Of a stretch of DNA of 64,000 nucleotides, positions 19,433 through 34,289 are shown piece by piece. Source of the stretch: Candidatus Eiseniibacteriota bacterium (GTDB lineage: Bacteria; Eisenbacteria; RBG-16-71-46); assembly GCA_963776245.1 (NCBI GenBank), contig CAVZLN010000007.1, positions 32,001 through 96,000 of the forward strand, written 5' to 3'. Under the pieces are notes generated by a model. It searched no databases. It saw nothing but the letters and a program-made list of their open reading frames with translations, and was not told the DNA's origin. The position numbers were made by a program, and so were the translations under genes. How positions within the stretch are numbered: the first letter of the stretch is position 1; the number at the start of each line of letters is the position of its first letter.

Positions 19433-21537
19433 CGCCGGCGCGGGTCGCGGCGCGGGTGCGCGGCGTGGGGCTGGCGCTCGCCGCGATGGTCGGCGTGGCG
19501 GCCGGGGGCCCGGCGCGCGCGGCGTCCCTCGGACTCGGAGCGCCGGCGCTCGACCCTTCGGGCGCGGTGCGCTGGGCCGCGCGCCCCGACTCGTCGCCTG
19601 GCTGGGCGGGCGGTCTCACCCTCGCGCGGGCGACGCGCGCCGACTCGGTCCTGCTGCTCGAGCGCATGGTGGCGCAGCCGAGGCTGCGGATGGCGGCGTA
19701 CCACCGCCTCGGCGCCCTGTGGCTGGCGTCGGGCGACACGGCGCGCGCCGACTCGTGCTGGGCCCAGGCGGCCGGCGCGCGCAGCCTGTGGGCTTGGGCC
19801 GCGATGCGCGGCCGCGCGTCGCTCGCGCTGGCGCGCGGCGACGCCCTCGGCGCCGAGGAGATCCTCGGATCCTCCGAACGCGAGGGCTGGCCCGATGCCG
19901 ACCGCGCGGCGTGGCTCGCGCTGCGCGTCCGGCTGCGGGTCGCGCTGGCGGACACCACGCGGGCGATCCAGCTCGCGCGCCAGGCGCTCCGCGTCTACCC
20001 GTCGGCCGCCGCGACCGCGTCCGTGCTCGACACGCTCGATGGGTTGCTGGTTGCCCGCGGGGACTCGCTCGCGGCCTCGGAGGAGCGCGCCGCGGCGGAG
20101 GCCGAGATCTACCGCGGCGACCGGCTCGCGGCGGCGCGGCGCCTGCGCCGGGCGCTGCCGCGCCTCGCGGGGGCGGAGCGTTCCGCGGCGGCGGTGCGGC
20201 TCGCCGAGGTGCTGCGCGGGGCGCGACGCTTCGGGGCGGCCGACGAGGCCGCGCAGGCCGCGCTCGCGGCGGCGCCCGACGACGGGGCGCGGGCGCGGGC
20301 CCTGCTCGAGCGCGCCCGGGTCGCGCGCGACGGCGGCCGGGTCGACGATGCCCTCAGCGGCTACGCGGCCGCGGCGGCCGCCGCGCCGGACAGCGCGACG
20401 CGGGACGTGGCGTGGTGGGAGTCCGGACGCGCGGCCGAGGACGCGGAGCGCTGGCCGGTGGCGCTGGCGTCCTTCGCGCGCGGCGCCGCGGCCGGCGGGC
20501 GGCGCGCGCGCGACGCCGCGCTGCGGGCCGGGCTGATGCAGTTCGTGGCCGGCCGGCCCGACTCGGCCTGCGCGTGGTGGGCGGGCGACAGCTCGGATGC
20601 CGCCTGCTTCTGGTGGGGGGTCGGGATGCGCGCGCAGAGGCGGAGCGCGGCGGGAGACTCCGCGCTGCGGCAGGTCGCCCGGCGGCCGGGATACGCGTTC
20701 CACCGGGTCGCCGCGCGCGAATCGCTCGGGGTGCGCGGATGGCCGGGCGGCGCCGTGGCGGAGGACAGCTGCGCGGGCGGCTCGGCGGGCTGCGACGCGC
20801 TGGGGGACGCGCGAGCGCTGCTCGCGCTCGGGCTCGACGACGACGCGTCGCTGGTGCTGTCGCGGTGGACGGCGGGGGACGTCCGCGTCGGGCGCGTGGG
20901 GCCCGGGGCCGATCCGGGCGGATGGCTGGCGGGCGCCCGGCTGGCGTACGCCGCCGGGCGCACCGGTCTCGGCATCGTGCTCGCCGACCGCGCGCTGCGC
21001 GAAGCGGCCGAGCGCCCCGCCGAGGAGCAGTGGACGATCGTGCCGTGGGCGTATCCGCCGGCGTTCGAAGAGCTGTTCGTGGCGTCGTCCGACCCCGCGA
21101 CCGGGGCGATCGAGCCCGCGCTCCTGTTCGCCGTCACGAGCCAGGAGAGCCGCTTCGACCCGCGCGCGCGCTCGGCCAGCGACGCGCTCGGCCTGATGCA
21201 GCTCAAGCTCTCCACCGCCGCCGACGTCGCGCGCTGGGCCCACGAGCGCGCGCCGGCCGAGAGCACCCTGTTCGACCCGGCCCTCAACGTGCGCTACGGC
21301 GCGCGCTACCTGGGGCGCCTGCTCGAGCGCACGGGTGGCAGCGTGGCGGTGGCGCTCTCGGCGTACAACGCCGGGCCGGGATCGCTGCCCGCCGGCTGGC
21401 GTGACCTGCTGGCGCGCGGGGGCGAGGCGCTGTTCTGCGAGATCGCCTCCAACGCCGCCGCCCAGGACTACGCGCGCAAGATCCTCGGCTTCCGTCAGGC
21501 CTATCGCGAGCTGAGACCGACCGCGGCGACACGCTGA
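19429..21537 (+). CDS. slt: Soluble lytic murein transglycosylase (Slt-like, helical repeats plus C-terminal SLT domain)
   Basis: Signal peptide, Ala/Arg-rich helical repeats, QESRFDP (catalytic Glu), [21 protein letters not shown] overlap with guaA. Confidence 0.8.
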   Translation: MTPARVAARVRGVGLALAAMVGVAAGGPARAASLGLGAPALDPSGAVRWAARPDSSPGWAGGLTLARATRADSVLLLERMVAQPRLRMAAYHRLGALWLASGDTARADSCWAQAAGARSLWAWAAMRGRASLALARGDALGAEEILGSSEREGWPDADRAAWLALRVRLRVALADTTRAIQLARQALRVYPSAAATASVLDTLDGLLVARGDSLAASEERAAAEAEIYRGDRLAAARRLRRALPRLAGAERSAAAVRLAEVLRGARRFGAADEAAQAALAAAPDDGARARALLERARVARDGGRVDDALSGYAAAAAAAPDSATRDVAWWESGRAAEDAERWPVALASFARGAAAGGRRARDAALRAGLMQFVAGRPDSACAWWAGDSSDAACFWWGVGMRAQRRSAAGDSALRQVARRPGYAFHRVAARESLGVRGWPGGAVAEDSCAGGSAGCDALGDARALLALGLDDDASLVLSRWTAGDVRVGRVGPGADPGGWLAGARLAYAAGRTGLGIVLADRALREAAERPAEEQWTIVPWAYPPAFEELFVASSDPATGAIEPALLFAVTSQESRFDPRARSASDALGLMQLKLSTAADVARWAHERAPAESTLFDPALNVRYGARYLGRLLERTGGSVAVALSAYNAGPGSLPAGWRDLLARGGEALFCEIASNAAAQDYARKILGFRQAYRELRPTAATR

Positions 21538-21571
21538 CGCGCGGCCACGCGTTTCTGCTACCGTGCGGCGC

Positions 21572-22228
21572 GTGAGCACGCCCATCCCGCCGGACCCCCG
21601 ACGCGACCTGTTCGCGCCTCTGCGTGAGCCTGCGTTCCTCACCGAGGCCCAGCGCAAGGCGATCCACCTGGGGTTCCTCATCCTGCCGCTCGAGCTGCTG
21701 TTCCACTTCCTGCCGTGGCCCCAGGGCAGGGGGGAGTTCCGGGTGCTGTTCCTGCTGCTGGTGGCGGGCGCCATCGCCATCGACCTGCTGCGCATCCACG
21801 AGCCGCGGGTCCGCACCTTCTTCCGGAAGTTCCTCGGCGAGATCATCCGCGAGCACGAGGAGTTCAACCTGCTCGGCTCGACCTACCTGCTGCTCGCCTC
21901 GCTGCTGGCGATCGAGATCTTCACCCAGCCGGTGGCCGCGGCGGCGCTCGGATTCACGGTGCTGGGAGACGCGTTCGCGGCCATCGTCGGCCGGGCGTGG
22001 GGACGCACGCGGGTGTTCCGCAAGTCGGTGGAAGGGCTGCTGGGCTGCCTCGCGGCGTGCGGGGCGTGGGCGGCGTTCCTCGCGCTCGGTGGCCACCTGC
22101 CCTGGCACGTGGTGCTCGCGGGCGCCGCGGTCGCAAGTCTGGTGGAGTTCCTGCCGATACCCCTCGACGACAACCTGGGCATCACGCTGGCCGCGGGGTA
22201 CGCCATGAAGCTGCTGCTCATCTCATGA
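21572..22228 (+). CDS. CTP-dependent polyprenol/diacylglycerol kinase family membrane protein (SEC59/VTE5/DGK1-like)
   Basis: RKAIH, GDAFAAIVG, KSVEG, DDNL motifs and several TM helices; GTG 7 nt after TGC-TACCGT. Confidence 0.8.
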   Translation: MSTPIPPDPRRDLFAPLREPAFLTEAQRKAIHLGFLILPLELLFHFLPWPQGRGEFRVLFLLLVAGAIAIDLLRIHEPRVRTFFRKFLGEIIREHEEFNLLGSTYLLLASLLAIEIFTQPVAAAALGFTVLGDAFAAIVGRAWGRTRVFRKSVEGLLGCLAACGAWAAFLALGGHLPWHVVLAGAAVASLVEFLPIPLDDNLGITLAAGYAMKLLLIS

Positions 22229-23169
22229 GTCCACGACCCGTCGAGCCCGACCGTTCGGCGTTCGAGCCCGCGATGGTCCTCGCCCGCGAGGGGCGCCACG
22301 CCGATGCCGTGCGCTGGGTGGCGGACGCGCGGGGCGCGGCACCCGGGGATCTCCGTCTCGCCGACGCGGCGCGCGCGCTGTCCCAGGTCGCGAGGCTCGC
22401 GGAGGCCGCGGGAGACCGCGGCGCGGCGCTGGCGGCGCTCGATCTGGCGGTGGAATGCCGCCCGGGCTGGGCCGACCTGCACCTCCACCGCGCGCTCGCG
22501 TGTGCCGCCCTCGACCGTCGCGCCGCGGCACGCGCGGCGCTCGACACCGCCCTGCGCATCCATCCCCGTTTCGTGGCGGCACGCCTCGAACGCGCGCTGC
22601 TCGACGCGCGCGAGGGGCTGGTGGGCGAGGCGATCGCCGAGCTGCGCGCCCTCGGGCACGCGACGCGGATCAGCGAACCGCACACCTTCGAACAGGGCAT
22701 GGAGTGCCTCGAGCGGGCCGATTGGGACGCCGCGTCGGCCCGGCTCCGGCGTGCGCTGCGCCTCGCCGAGCCCGAGCTCGAGCAGCGCCTCGAGCGCTAC
22801 GAGGCGCTGATGGACGAGGACCAGCCGGGCCGGGCCGCGCAACTGCTGCGCGAGGTGCTGCCGCGCTTCGAGGCCTATCCCGACCTGCACTACCGGCTCG
22901 GCGCCGCCGAGCTGCGCGAGGGCGCGTACGACGACGCGCTGGTCTCGCTGGCGCGCGCCCTCGAGCTCAACCCCGACTTCAGCGCCGCGCGCGTCCTGCT
23001 GGCACGTGCCCTCGACGCGCTGGGCGCGCGCGCGCAGGCGCTCGAGCAGGTGGCGCTGGTGCTCCAGAGCGAGCCCGGCCAGACCCAGGCGCTCGCGCTC
23101 GAGGTCGAGTGGGGCGCCCGCGCCGCGCACCTCACGGCGCGCGCGGACCGCCGCCGCGATCCGACTTGA
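22225..23169 (+). CDS. Tetratricopeptide repeat protein
   Basis: TPR-like units LAVECRPGWADLH, ALRIHPRFVAAR, YPDLHYRLG, ALELNPDFSAAR; ATGA overlap. Confidence 0.8.
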   Translation: MSPRPVEPDRSAFEPAMVLAREGRHADAVRWVADARGAAPGDLRLADAARALSQVARLAEAAGDRGAALAALDLAVECRPGWADLHLHRALACAALDRRAAARAALDTALRIHPRFVAARLERALLDAREGLVGEAIAELRALGHATRISEPHTFEQGMECLERADWDAASARLRRALRLAEPELEQRLERYEALMDEDQPGRAAQLLREVLPRFEAYPDLHYRLGAAELREGAYDDALVSLARALELNPDFSAARVLLARALDALGARAQALEQVALVLQSEPGQTQALALEVEWGARAAHLTARADRRRDPT

Positions 23170-23194
23170 CCGCGGCGCGCGGCCGGGGCACCCT
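23166..23194 (+). promoter_or_regulatory. Candidate promoter for the cold-shock gene
   Basis: TTGACC (23166-23171), 17-nt spacer, CACCCT (23189-23194). Confidence 0.45.
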
Positions 23195-23249
23195 GTGGGC
23201 GCTTCGGGCGGAAGCTAGCTTTCCGTCGGCCTGACAGGGAGGAGTGTCC

Positions 23250-23453
23250 ATGGCCCGTGGCATCGTGAAGTGGTTCAATGACCAGCGTGGCTACGGTTTC
23301 ATCAGTGCGGAAGGGTCGAGCGAGGTGTTCGTCCATCACTCCGCGATCGAGGGGCGAGGATTCCGCACCCTGCACGAGGGTGAGCAGGTGGAGTTCGAGC
23401 TCCGCAGCAGCGAGAGGGGCGCGGAGGCCGCGCACGTCATCAAGGTTCTCTGA
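23250..23453 (+). CDS. csp: Cold-shock domain protein (CspA family)
   Basis: GIVKWFN, RNP1 RGYGFI, RNP2 VFVHHS, GFRTL; SD GGAGG. Confidence 0.93.
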   Translation: MARGIVKWFNDQRGYGFISAEGSSEVFVHHSAIEGRGFRTLHEGEQVEFELRSSERGAEAAHVIKVL

Positions 23454-23620
23454 AGGTTTCCACGCCCGAAGCACGCAAGGCCCGGTGCATGGCATCGGGC
23501 CGACGCGTTTCGGGCCCCCGGCCGGTGGCGGCGCCCGCAGCCGGCGCTGCGGCCAGCCGGCACGACGCCCCCGCGACCCTCGCGGGGTCCCCGCTTGACA
23601 CTTCTTCTATCCTGACGCCC

Positions 23621-26653
<3,033 letters not shown>

Positions 26654-26657
<4 letters not shown>

Positions 26658-27113
26658 GCGACGAACCGTCCGGCGACCCGGTCGTCCGCCTGCTGCGCCT
26701 GCTCGCCGAGCGGCTCGAGGCCTACCTCGAGGGCGACGAGCTGGCGTTCGAGACCCTGGGGGAGCGGATCGAGGAGGAGGGCTGCACGGGTGACGACCTC
26801 CACGCCGCGATGCTGGTGCTGCGGAGCCTGACCGGCGAGCCGCCGGCGGGGGGCGAGGCCGACCTCGAGAGCGCGCCGGGAGAGCACGCGCAGCGCGTGC
26901 CCTCGGCCGAGGAACGCGATTCGCTGAGCACCGAGGCGTGGGGCTACCTCATCGACCTGCGCCGCCGGGGCTCGCTCACCGCGGCACAGTTCGAGCAGGT
27001 CATCGAGCGGCTCACCGATCTCGCGATCCGCCCGGTCGACGTCGAGACCGTGCGCGAGGTCGCCGCACGCATCGCGCTGCAGTTCGACGATCTCGAACAT
27101 GGAGGCCCGGCTC

Positions 27114-27139
<26 letters not shown>
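26654..27139 (+). CDS. smg: Smg/DUF494 family protein
   Basis: Acidic protein with [34 protein letters not shown] pattern; sits upstream of topA. Confidence 0.7.
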
Positions 27140-29703
<2,564 letters not shown>

Positions 29704-29711
<8 letters not shown>

Positions 29712-30588
29712 GGCTCTCCAGCGCTTCCTGAGCGAGCTCGCGGCCCAGCGCCGCGCCTCGCTGCACACCGTGGCGGCCTATCGCCGCGACGTCACCCGCG
29801 TGCTCGACCTCGCCGCGGGGCCCGGGAAGCCCGTGCGACCGGACGACTGGACGCGCGAACTTCTCGAGCGCGGCCTGCGCGATCTCTACCGCACCGGCCA
29901 CGCCGCCTCGAGCGCCGCCCGCGCGCTCGCCGCCTGGCGCTCGTTCTCGCGCTTCTGCGCCCGCCGCGGGGTGATCGAGCGCGATCCGGCGCGCGGGCTG
30001 GCCTTCCCGCGCTTGCCGCGGCGCCTGCCGCGCACCCTGCCCCAGCTCGACCTGAACGCGGCGCTCGATGCGCTGTCCGCGACCGACGCCGCCTCGCTGC
30101 GCGACCGCGCGCTGCTCGAGCTGCTCTATTCCTCGGGCCTTCGCCTGGCCGAACTGGTGGGACTCAATCACGGGGACCTCGATCGCGGCGCCCGGCTGGT
30201 GCGGGTGCGTGGCAAGGGCCGCCGCGAGCGCATCGTGCCCGTGGGGCGCACCGCGCTCGCCGCGCTCGAGCGCTGGCAGGCGGTGGTCCCGCGCGCCGGC
30301 GCGCGGCCGGACAGCGCGCTGTTCCCGGGCGCCCGGGGGCCGCGGATCGCGCCGCGCTCGGTCCAGCGCATCGTGCGCGCACGGCTCGCGGGGGTGGCCG
30401 CCGGGCTCGGCGTCACCCCGCACGCGCTGCGCCACTCGTTCGCGAGCCACCTGCTCGACCACGGCGCCGACCTGCGCGCGATCCAGGAACTGCTCGGCCA
30501 CCGCTCGCTCACCAGCACGCAGGTGTACACCCACGTCTCGCGCGCGCGGCTGCGCAAGGCGTACGAGCAGGCCCACCCGAGGGCGTGA
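29704..30588 (+). CDS. xerC: Tyrosine recombinase XerC
   Basis: SLHTVAAYRRD, LYSSGLRLAEL, GKGRRER, PHALRHSFASHLL, QELLGH, QVYTHV; follows topA. Confidence 0.88.
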
Positions 30589-30590
30589 AC

Positions 30591-31688
30591 ATGCGACCGG
30601 TCGCAGGCTGGGCATCGGCGGCGCCGCGCGCGCGGGCCGCGTGCGGCCTGCTCGCGCTGGTGGCGCTGGCGGGCGGCGGCGCGGGTTGCGCGAAGAAGGG
30701 GCCGCCCTCGGGCGGTCCGCCCGACCTCGAGCCTCCGCGCGTCGTGTCCTCGCTGCCCGACTCGGGCGCCGCGGGCGTGGCCCGGAACACCACGCTGGCG
30801 GTGACCTTCAGCGAGGGCATGGAGCCGCGCAGCACCGGGGACGCGGCGGCGCTCGCGCCCCGCGTGAACATCCGCCAGCGGCGCTGGAGTGGGCGCACGC
30901 TCACGCTGGTGCTCGGCGACAGCCTCGCCGCGTCCCAGACCTACACGCTGTTCGTGGGGGGCAACGCGCGCGACCGGCACGGCAACCCGCTCGCGAGCGG
31001 TGCCACCGTGGTGTTCACGACCGCGGACTCGTTCCCGCCCGGGCGCATGGAGGGCGAGATCCAGGCGCTGGGCTTCGCGGCCGCGGGCACCTACCTGTGG
31101 TGCTACGACGCCGCCACCGGACGCCTGCCCGACAGCACCGCGCGCGACTTCGACGCGGTGGGGCTCGCCGACCGGGACGGCCGCTTCCGGGTCACCGGGC
31201 TGCGGGTGCCCGGCCGCTGGCGCATCTGGGCGTTCGCCGACCTCAACGGCAATCGCTCGTTCGAGCCCGCGACCGATCTGCTGGTCCCCGCCGACACCGT
31301 GATCGCGCTCACCCCGGCGGCCCCGGCGGCCACCGGGCTGGTGGTGCGCGTGGTGAACCCGCGCGCGCCGGGACGCGCGTCCGGCCGCGTGGCGGTGGTG
31401 GGGCGGATCGACAGCACGCTGACGCGGCAGATCTGGGCGGTGGCCGAGCGCGACAGTACGCACCCGCTGTCCTTCCCGGTGCATCCCGACGACACCTTCA
31501 GCTGCGCGCTCCCGGGCGGCGTCTGGCGCCTGCGCGTGTTCCTCGACGTCAATCGCGACGAGCGCTGGCAGTCCGTGACCGAGCTGGGCGGCGAGCCCCT
31601 GCGCGTGGAGGTGCCGCCCGCCATCGAGGTGAAGGACCTGGTCCTGCGCCTCGAGGCCGCCGCGGTGAAGCCCCGGGAGGGACCGTGA
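30591..31688 (+). CDS. Lipoprotein with bacterial Ig-like (Big_5) domain
   Basis: Lipobox GAGC followed by AKKGPPSGGPPD..PP; VTFSEGM, ARDRHGN; Ca-binding-like loops DLNGN and DVNRD. Confidence 0.72.
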   Translation: MRPVAGWASAAPRARAACGLLALVALAGGGAGCAKKGPPSGGPPDLEPPRVVSSLPDSGAAGVARNTTLAVTFSEGMEPRSTGDAAALAPRVNIRQRRWSGRTLTLVLGDSLAASQTYTLFVGGNARDRHGNPLASGATVVFTTADSFPPGRMEGEIQALGFAAAGTYLWCYDAATGRLPDSTARDFDAVGLADRDGRFRVTGLRVPGRWRIWAFADLNGNRSFEPATDLLVPADTVIALTPAAPAATGLVVRVVNPRAPGRASGRVAVVGRIDSTLTRQIWAVAERDSTHPLSFPVHPDDTFSCALPGGVWRLRVFLDVNRDERWQSVTELGGEPLRVEVPPAIEVKDLVLRLEAAAVKPREGP

Positions 31689-32500
31689 GATTCGAGTTCT
31701 GGAAGATGCACGGAGCGGCGAACGACTTCGTCGTCATCGACCATCGCACGCCCTTCCTGCCCGCGGCGCCCGGCGCGCTGGTGGCGCGGCTGTGTGACCG
31801 CCGCCGAGGCGTGGGCGCGGACGGAGTGCTGGCGCTGGAGCGCCACGACACGCTCGACTTCCGGATGGCGTACTGGAACGCCGACGGCGGCCGCGCGGAC
31901 TTCTGCGGCAACGGCGCGCGCTGCCTCGCGCGGCTGGCGCTCGACCTCGGGCTCGGGCACGACGGACGGGTGCGGTTCGCCAGCGACGCGGGCCCGCAGG
32001 AGGGGCGCTGGGCGGCCGACGGCCGCACCCTCGATCTGCGCTTCGGCCGGGTCGACGCGCCCGGCGGGGCAGAGGTGCTGGAGGCGGGCGGGCGCCGGTT
32101 CACCGGCTGGACCGTGCTCGCGGGCGTGCCGCACTTCGTGGTGCCGGTGGACCACGTGCGCGAGGTCCCGGTGCTCGCGTGGGGCAGGGCCCTGCGCCAC
32201 CACGAGCGCTTCGGCGCGGCGGGCACCAACGTGGACTTCATCGAGGTGCTCGACCCCGGCGTGGTGGCGATGCGCACGTTCGAGCGCGGGGTGGAGGGCG
32301 AGACCCTGGCGTGCGGCAGCGGGGCGATCGCGACGGCGCTCACGGCGGCCATCGGCGGCATGCGTCCGCCGGTCATCGTGCACACCGCCGGCGGGGACGA
32401 TCTGGTGGTATCGTTCGAGACTGGCGCGGGCGGGTACGACGTGACGCTGAGCGGGCCGGCCGAGGTGGCGTTCCGGGGCACGTGGGAATCGGCGGAGTGA
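31685..32500 (+). CDS. dapF: Diaminopimelate epimerase
   Basis: FWKMHGAANDF, GVGADG, FCGNGARC, GVPH, FERGVEGETLACGSG. Confidence 0.92.
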   Translation: MRFEFWKMHGAANDFVVIDHRTPFLPAAPGALVARLCDRRRGVGADGVLALERHDTLDFRMAYWNADGGRADFCGNGARCLARLALDLGLGHDGRVRFASDAGPQEGRWAADGRTLDLRFGRVDAPGGAEVLEAGGRRFTGWTVLAGVPHFVVPVDHVREVPVLAWGRALRHHERFGAAGTNVDFIEVLDPGVVAMRTFERGVEGETLACGSGAIATALTAAIGGMRPPVIVHTAGGDDLVVSFETGAGGYDVTLSGPAEVAFRGTWESAE

Positions 32501-32543
32501 GGTCGCGCGGGCGCCCGGGCGATCCACGACCGAGGAGGGACCG

Positions 32544-33437
32544 ATGTTCGAAGGACTGACGGTGGCGATGGTGACGCCCTTCGCGGACGGAGCGCTCGAT
32601 CTCGAGAGCACCGGGCGACTGGTGGAGTTCATGCTCGAGGGCGGGGTCGAGGGCCTGGTGGTCTCGGGCTCGACCGGCGAGGCGGCGACCTGCACGGTGG
32701 AAGAGCGCCGCCGCCTGTGGGCGTTCGTGAAGGAGCGCGCGCGCGGCCGCTGCGCGGTGATCGCCGGCACCGGCACCAACGACACCGCGGCGAGCATCGA
32801 GCTCACGCGCATGGCCGAGGAGCTCGCGCTCGACGGCGTGATGGTGGTGACGCCGTTCTACAACAAGCCGACGCCGAAGGGACAGATCGCGCATTTCACC
32901 GCGGTCGCGGCGAGCACCCGGCTCCCGGTGATCCTCTACAACGTGCCGGGGCGCACCGGGACCAACACGCTGCCCGACACCTTCGCGCAGACCCAGGCGG
33001 CCGCGAACATCGTCGCCATCAAGGAGGCCTCGGGCAGCCTCGACCAGGCCAGCGCGCTGTGCGCGAAGACGCGCTTCACCATCCTCTCGGGCGACGATTC
33101 GCTCACCCTGCCGATGATCGCGGTGGGAGCGCAGGGCGTGATCTCGGTGGCCGGCAACGTCGCGCCGCGGGCGATGCGCACGCTCTGCGACCATGCGCGC
33201 GCCGGACGGGCACGCGAGGCCGAGGCCGCTCACCGCGCGCTCGCGCCGCTGTTCAAGGCGCTGTTCATCGAGTCGAACCCGGCGCCCGCCAAGTTCCTGC
33301 TGGCCGCGATGGGGCTGATCCGGAACGAGCTGCGCCTTCCGCTGGTGCCGATCGAACCGGCGAGCGAGAGCGCGGTCCTCGCGGCGGCGCGCGCCTGCGG
33401 CGTGGCGCTCGCCGCCGGAGCCGGAGCGCGCGCGTGA
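32544..33437 (+). CDS. dapA: 4-hydroxy-tetrahydrodipicolinate synthase
   Basis: AMVTPF, GSTGE, PFYNKP, LYNVPGRTG, Schiff-base Lys in AIKEASG, LSGDD. Confidence 0.93.
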   Translation: MFEGLTVAMVTPFADGALDLESTGRLVEFMLEGGVEGLVVSGSTGEAATCTVEERRRLWAFVKERARGRCAVIAGTGTNDTAASIELTRMAEELALDGVMVVTPFYNKPTPKGQIAHFTAVAASTRLPVILYNVPGRTGTNTLPDTFAQTQAAANIVAIKEASGSLDQASALCAKTRFTILSGDDSLTLPMIAVGAQGVISVAGNVAPRAMRTLCDHARAGRAREAEAAHRALAPLFKALFIESNPAPAKFLLAAMGLIRNELRLPLVPIEPASESAVLAAARACGVALAAGAGARA

Positions 33438-34189
33438 TCGCCCTGGCGCTCGCCGGCGCGGCCGGGCGCATGGGCCGGGCGGTGGAGCGCGCCGCCGCCG
33501 AGGCCGGCGGGTTCACGGTGCGCGCGCGCATCGACCGTGCGGCGGACGCCACACCCGGGTGGAGCCGGGACGCCGAGTCCATCGTCGGCGGCGACGTGGT
33601 GGTGGACTTCAGCGCGCCGGAGCTGCTCCGGCTGGTGGCGGCACGCTGCGCGGAGGTGGGCGCGCCGCTGGTCACCGGCACCACCGGGCTCGGCCCGGGT
33701 GAGGACCGCGCGCTGACCGAGGCGGCGCGACGCGTGGCGGTGCTGCGAGCGGCCAACTTCAGCCTCGGCGTGCTGGCGCTGCGCCGCGCTCTGGCGGCCG
33801 CGCTCGCCGCGGTGCCGGGGTCGTGGGACATCGAGATCGTGGAGCGCCACCATCGCATGAAGGCCGACAGCCCCTCGGGCACCGCGCTGCTGCTGGCGGG
33901 CGACGCGGCCCGGACGCGCGAGCTTCCCGGCGGCGCGCTGCGGCACGGCCGCGAGGGCCGCGTGGGGGCGCGCCCGGCCGCCGAGATCGGAGTGCACGCG
34001 GTGCGCGGAGGCACCTGGGTGGGGGACCACGCGGTGCTGCTGGCGGGGGAGGGCGAGTGGCTCGAGCTGCGCCACGTGGCCCAGGACCGCGCGGCGTTCG
34101 CGCACGGCGCGCTCGCAGCCGCACGATTCGTGGTGCAGGCCCCGCCGGGGCTCTATACACTCGAGGATGTCGTCGCAGGCCGCGCCTAG
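33434..34189 (+). CDS. dapB: 4-hydroxy-tetrahydrodipicolinate reductase
   Basis: GAAGRMG, VDFS, GTTG, ANFSLG, ERHHRMKADSPSGTA, FAHGA. Confidence 0.92.
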   Translation: MIALALAGAAGRMGRAVERAAAEAGGFTVRARIDRAADATPGWSRDAESIVGGDVVVDFSAPELLRLVAARCAEVGAPLVTGTTGLGPGEDRALTEAARRVAVLRAANFSLGVLALRRALAAALAAVPGSWDIEIVERHHRMKADSPSGTALLLAGDAARTRELPGGALRHGREGRVGARPAAEIGVHAVRGGTWVGDHAVLLAGEGEWLELRHVAQDRAAFAHGALAAARFVVQAPPGLYTLEDVVAGRA

Positions 34190-34289
34190 TCGCCGCCGGT
34201 GCGTCCCCGCCCCTCGGGGCGGGCGGGCCCACCGGCGGCACCGGGCGGCGGGTCCGGGGACCGCGCACCCACCCCGTTCGGGGCTCTCC

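Noticed and set aside
23595..23600. TTGACA upstream of secA as its -35 element
   Set aside because: It lies only 7 nt from the TATCCT -10 hexamer, incompatible with 16-18 nt spacing
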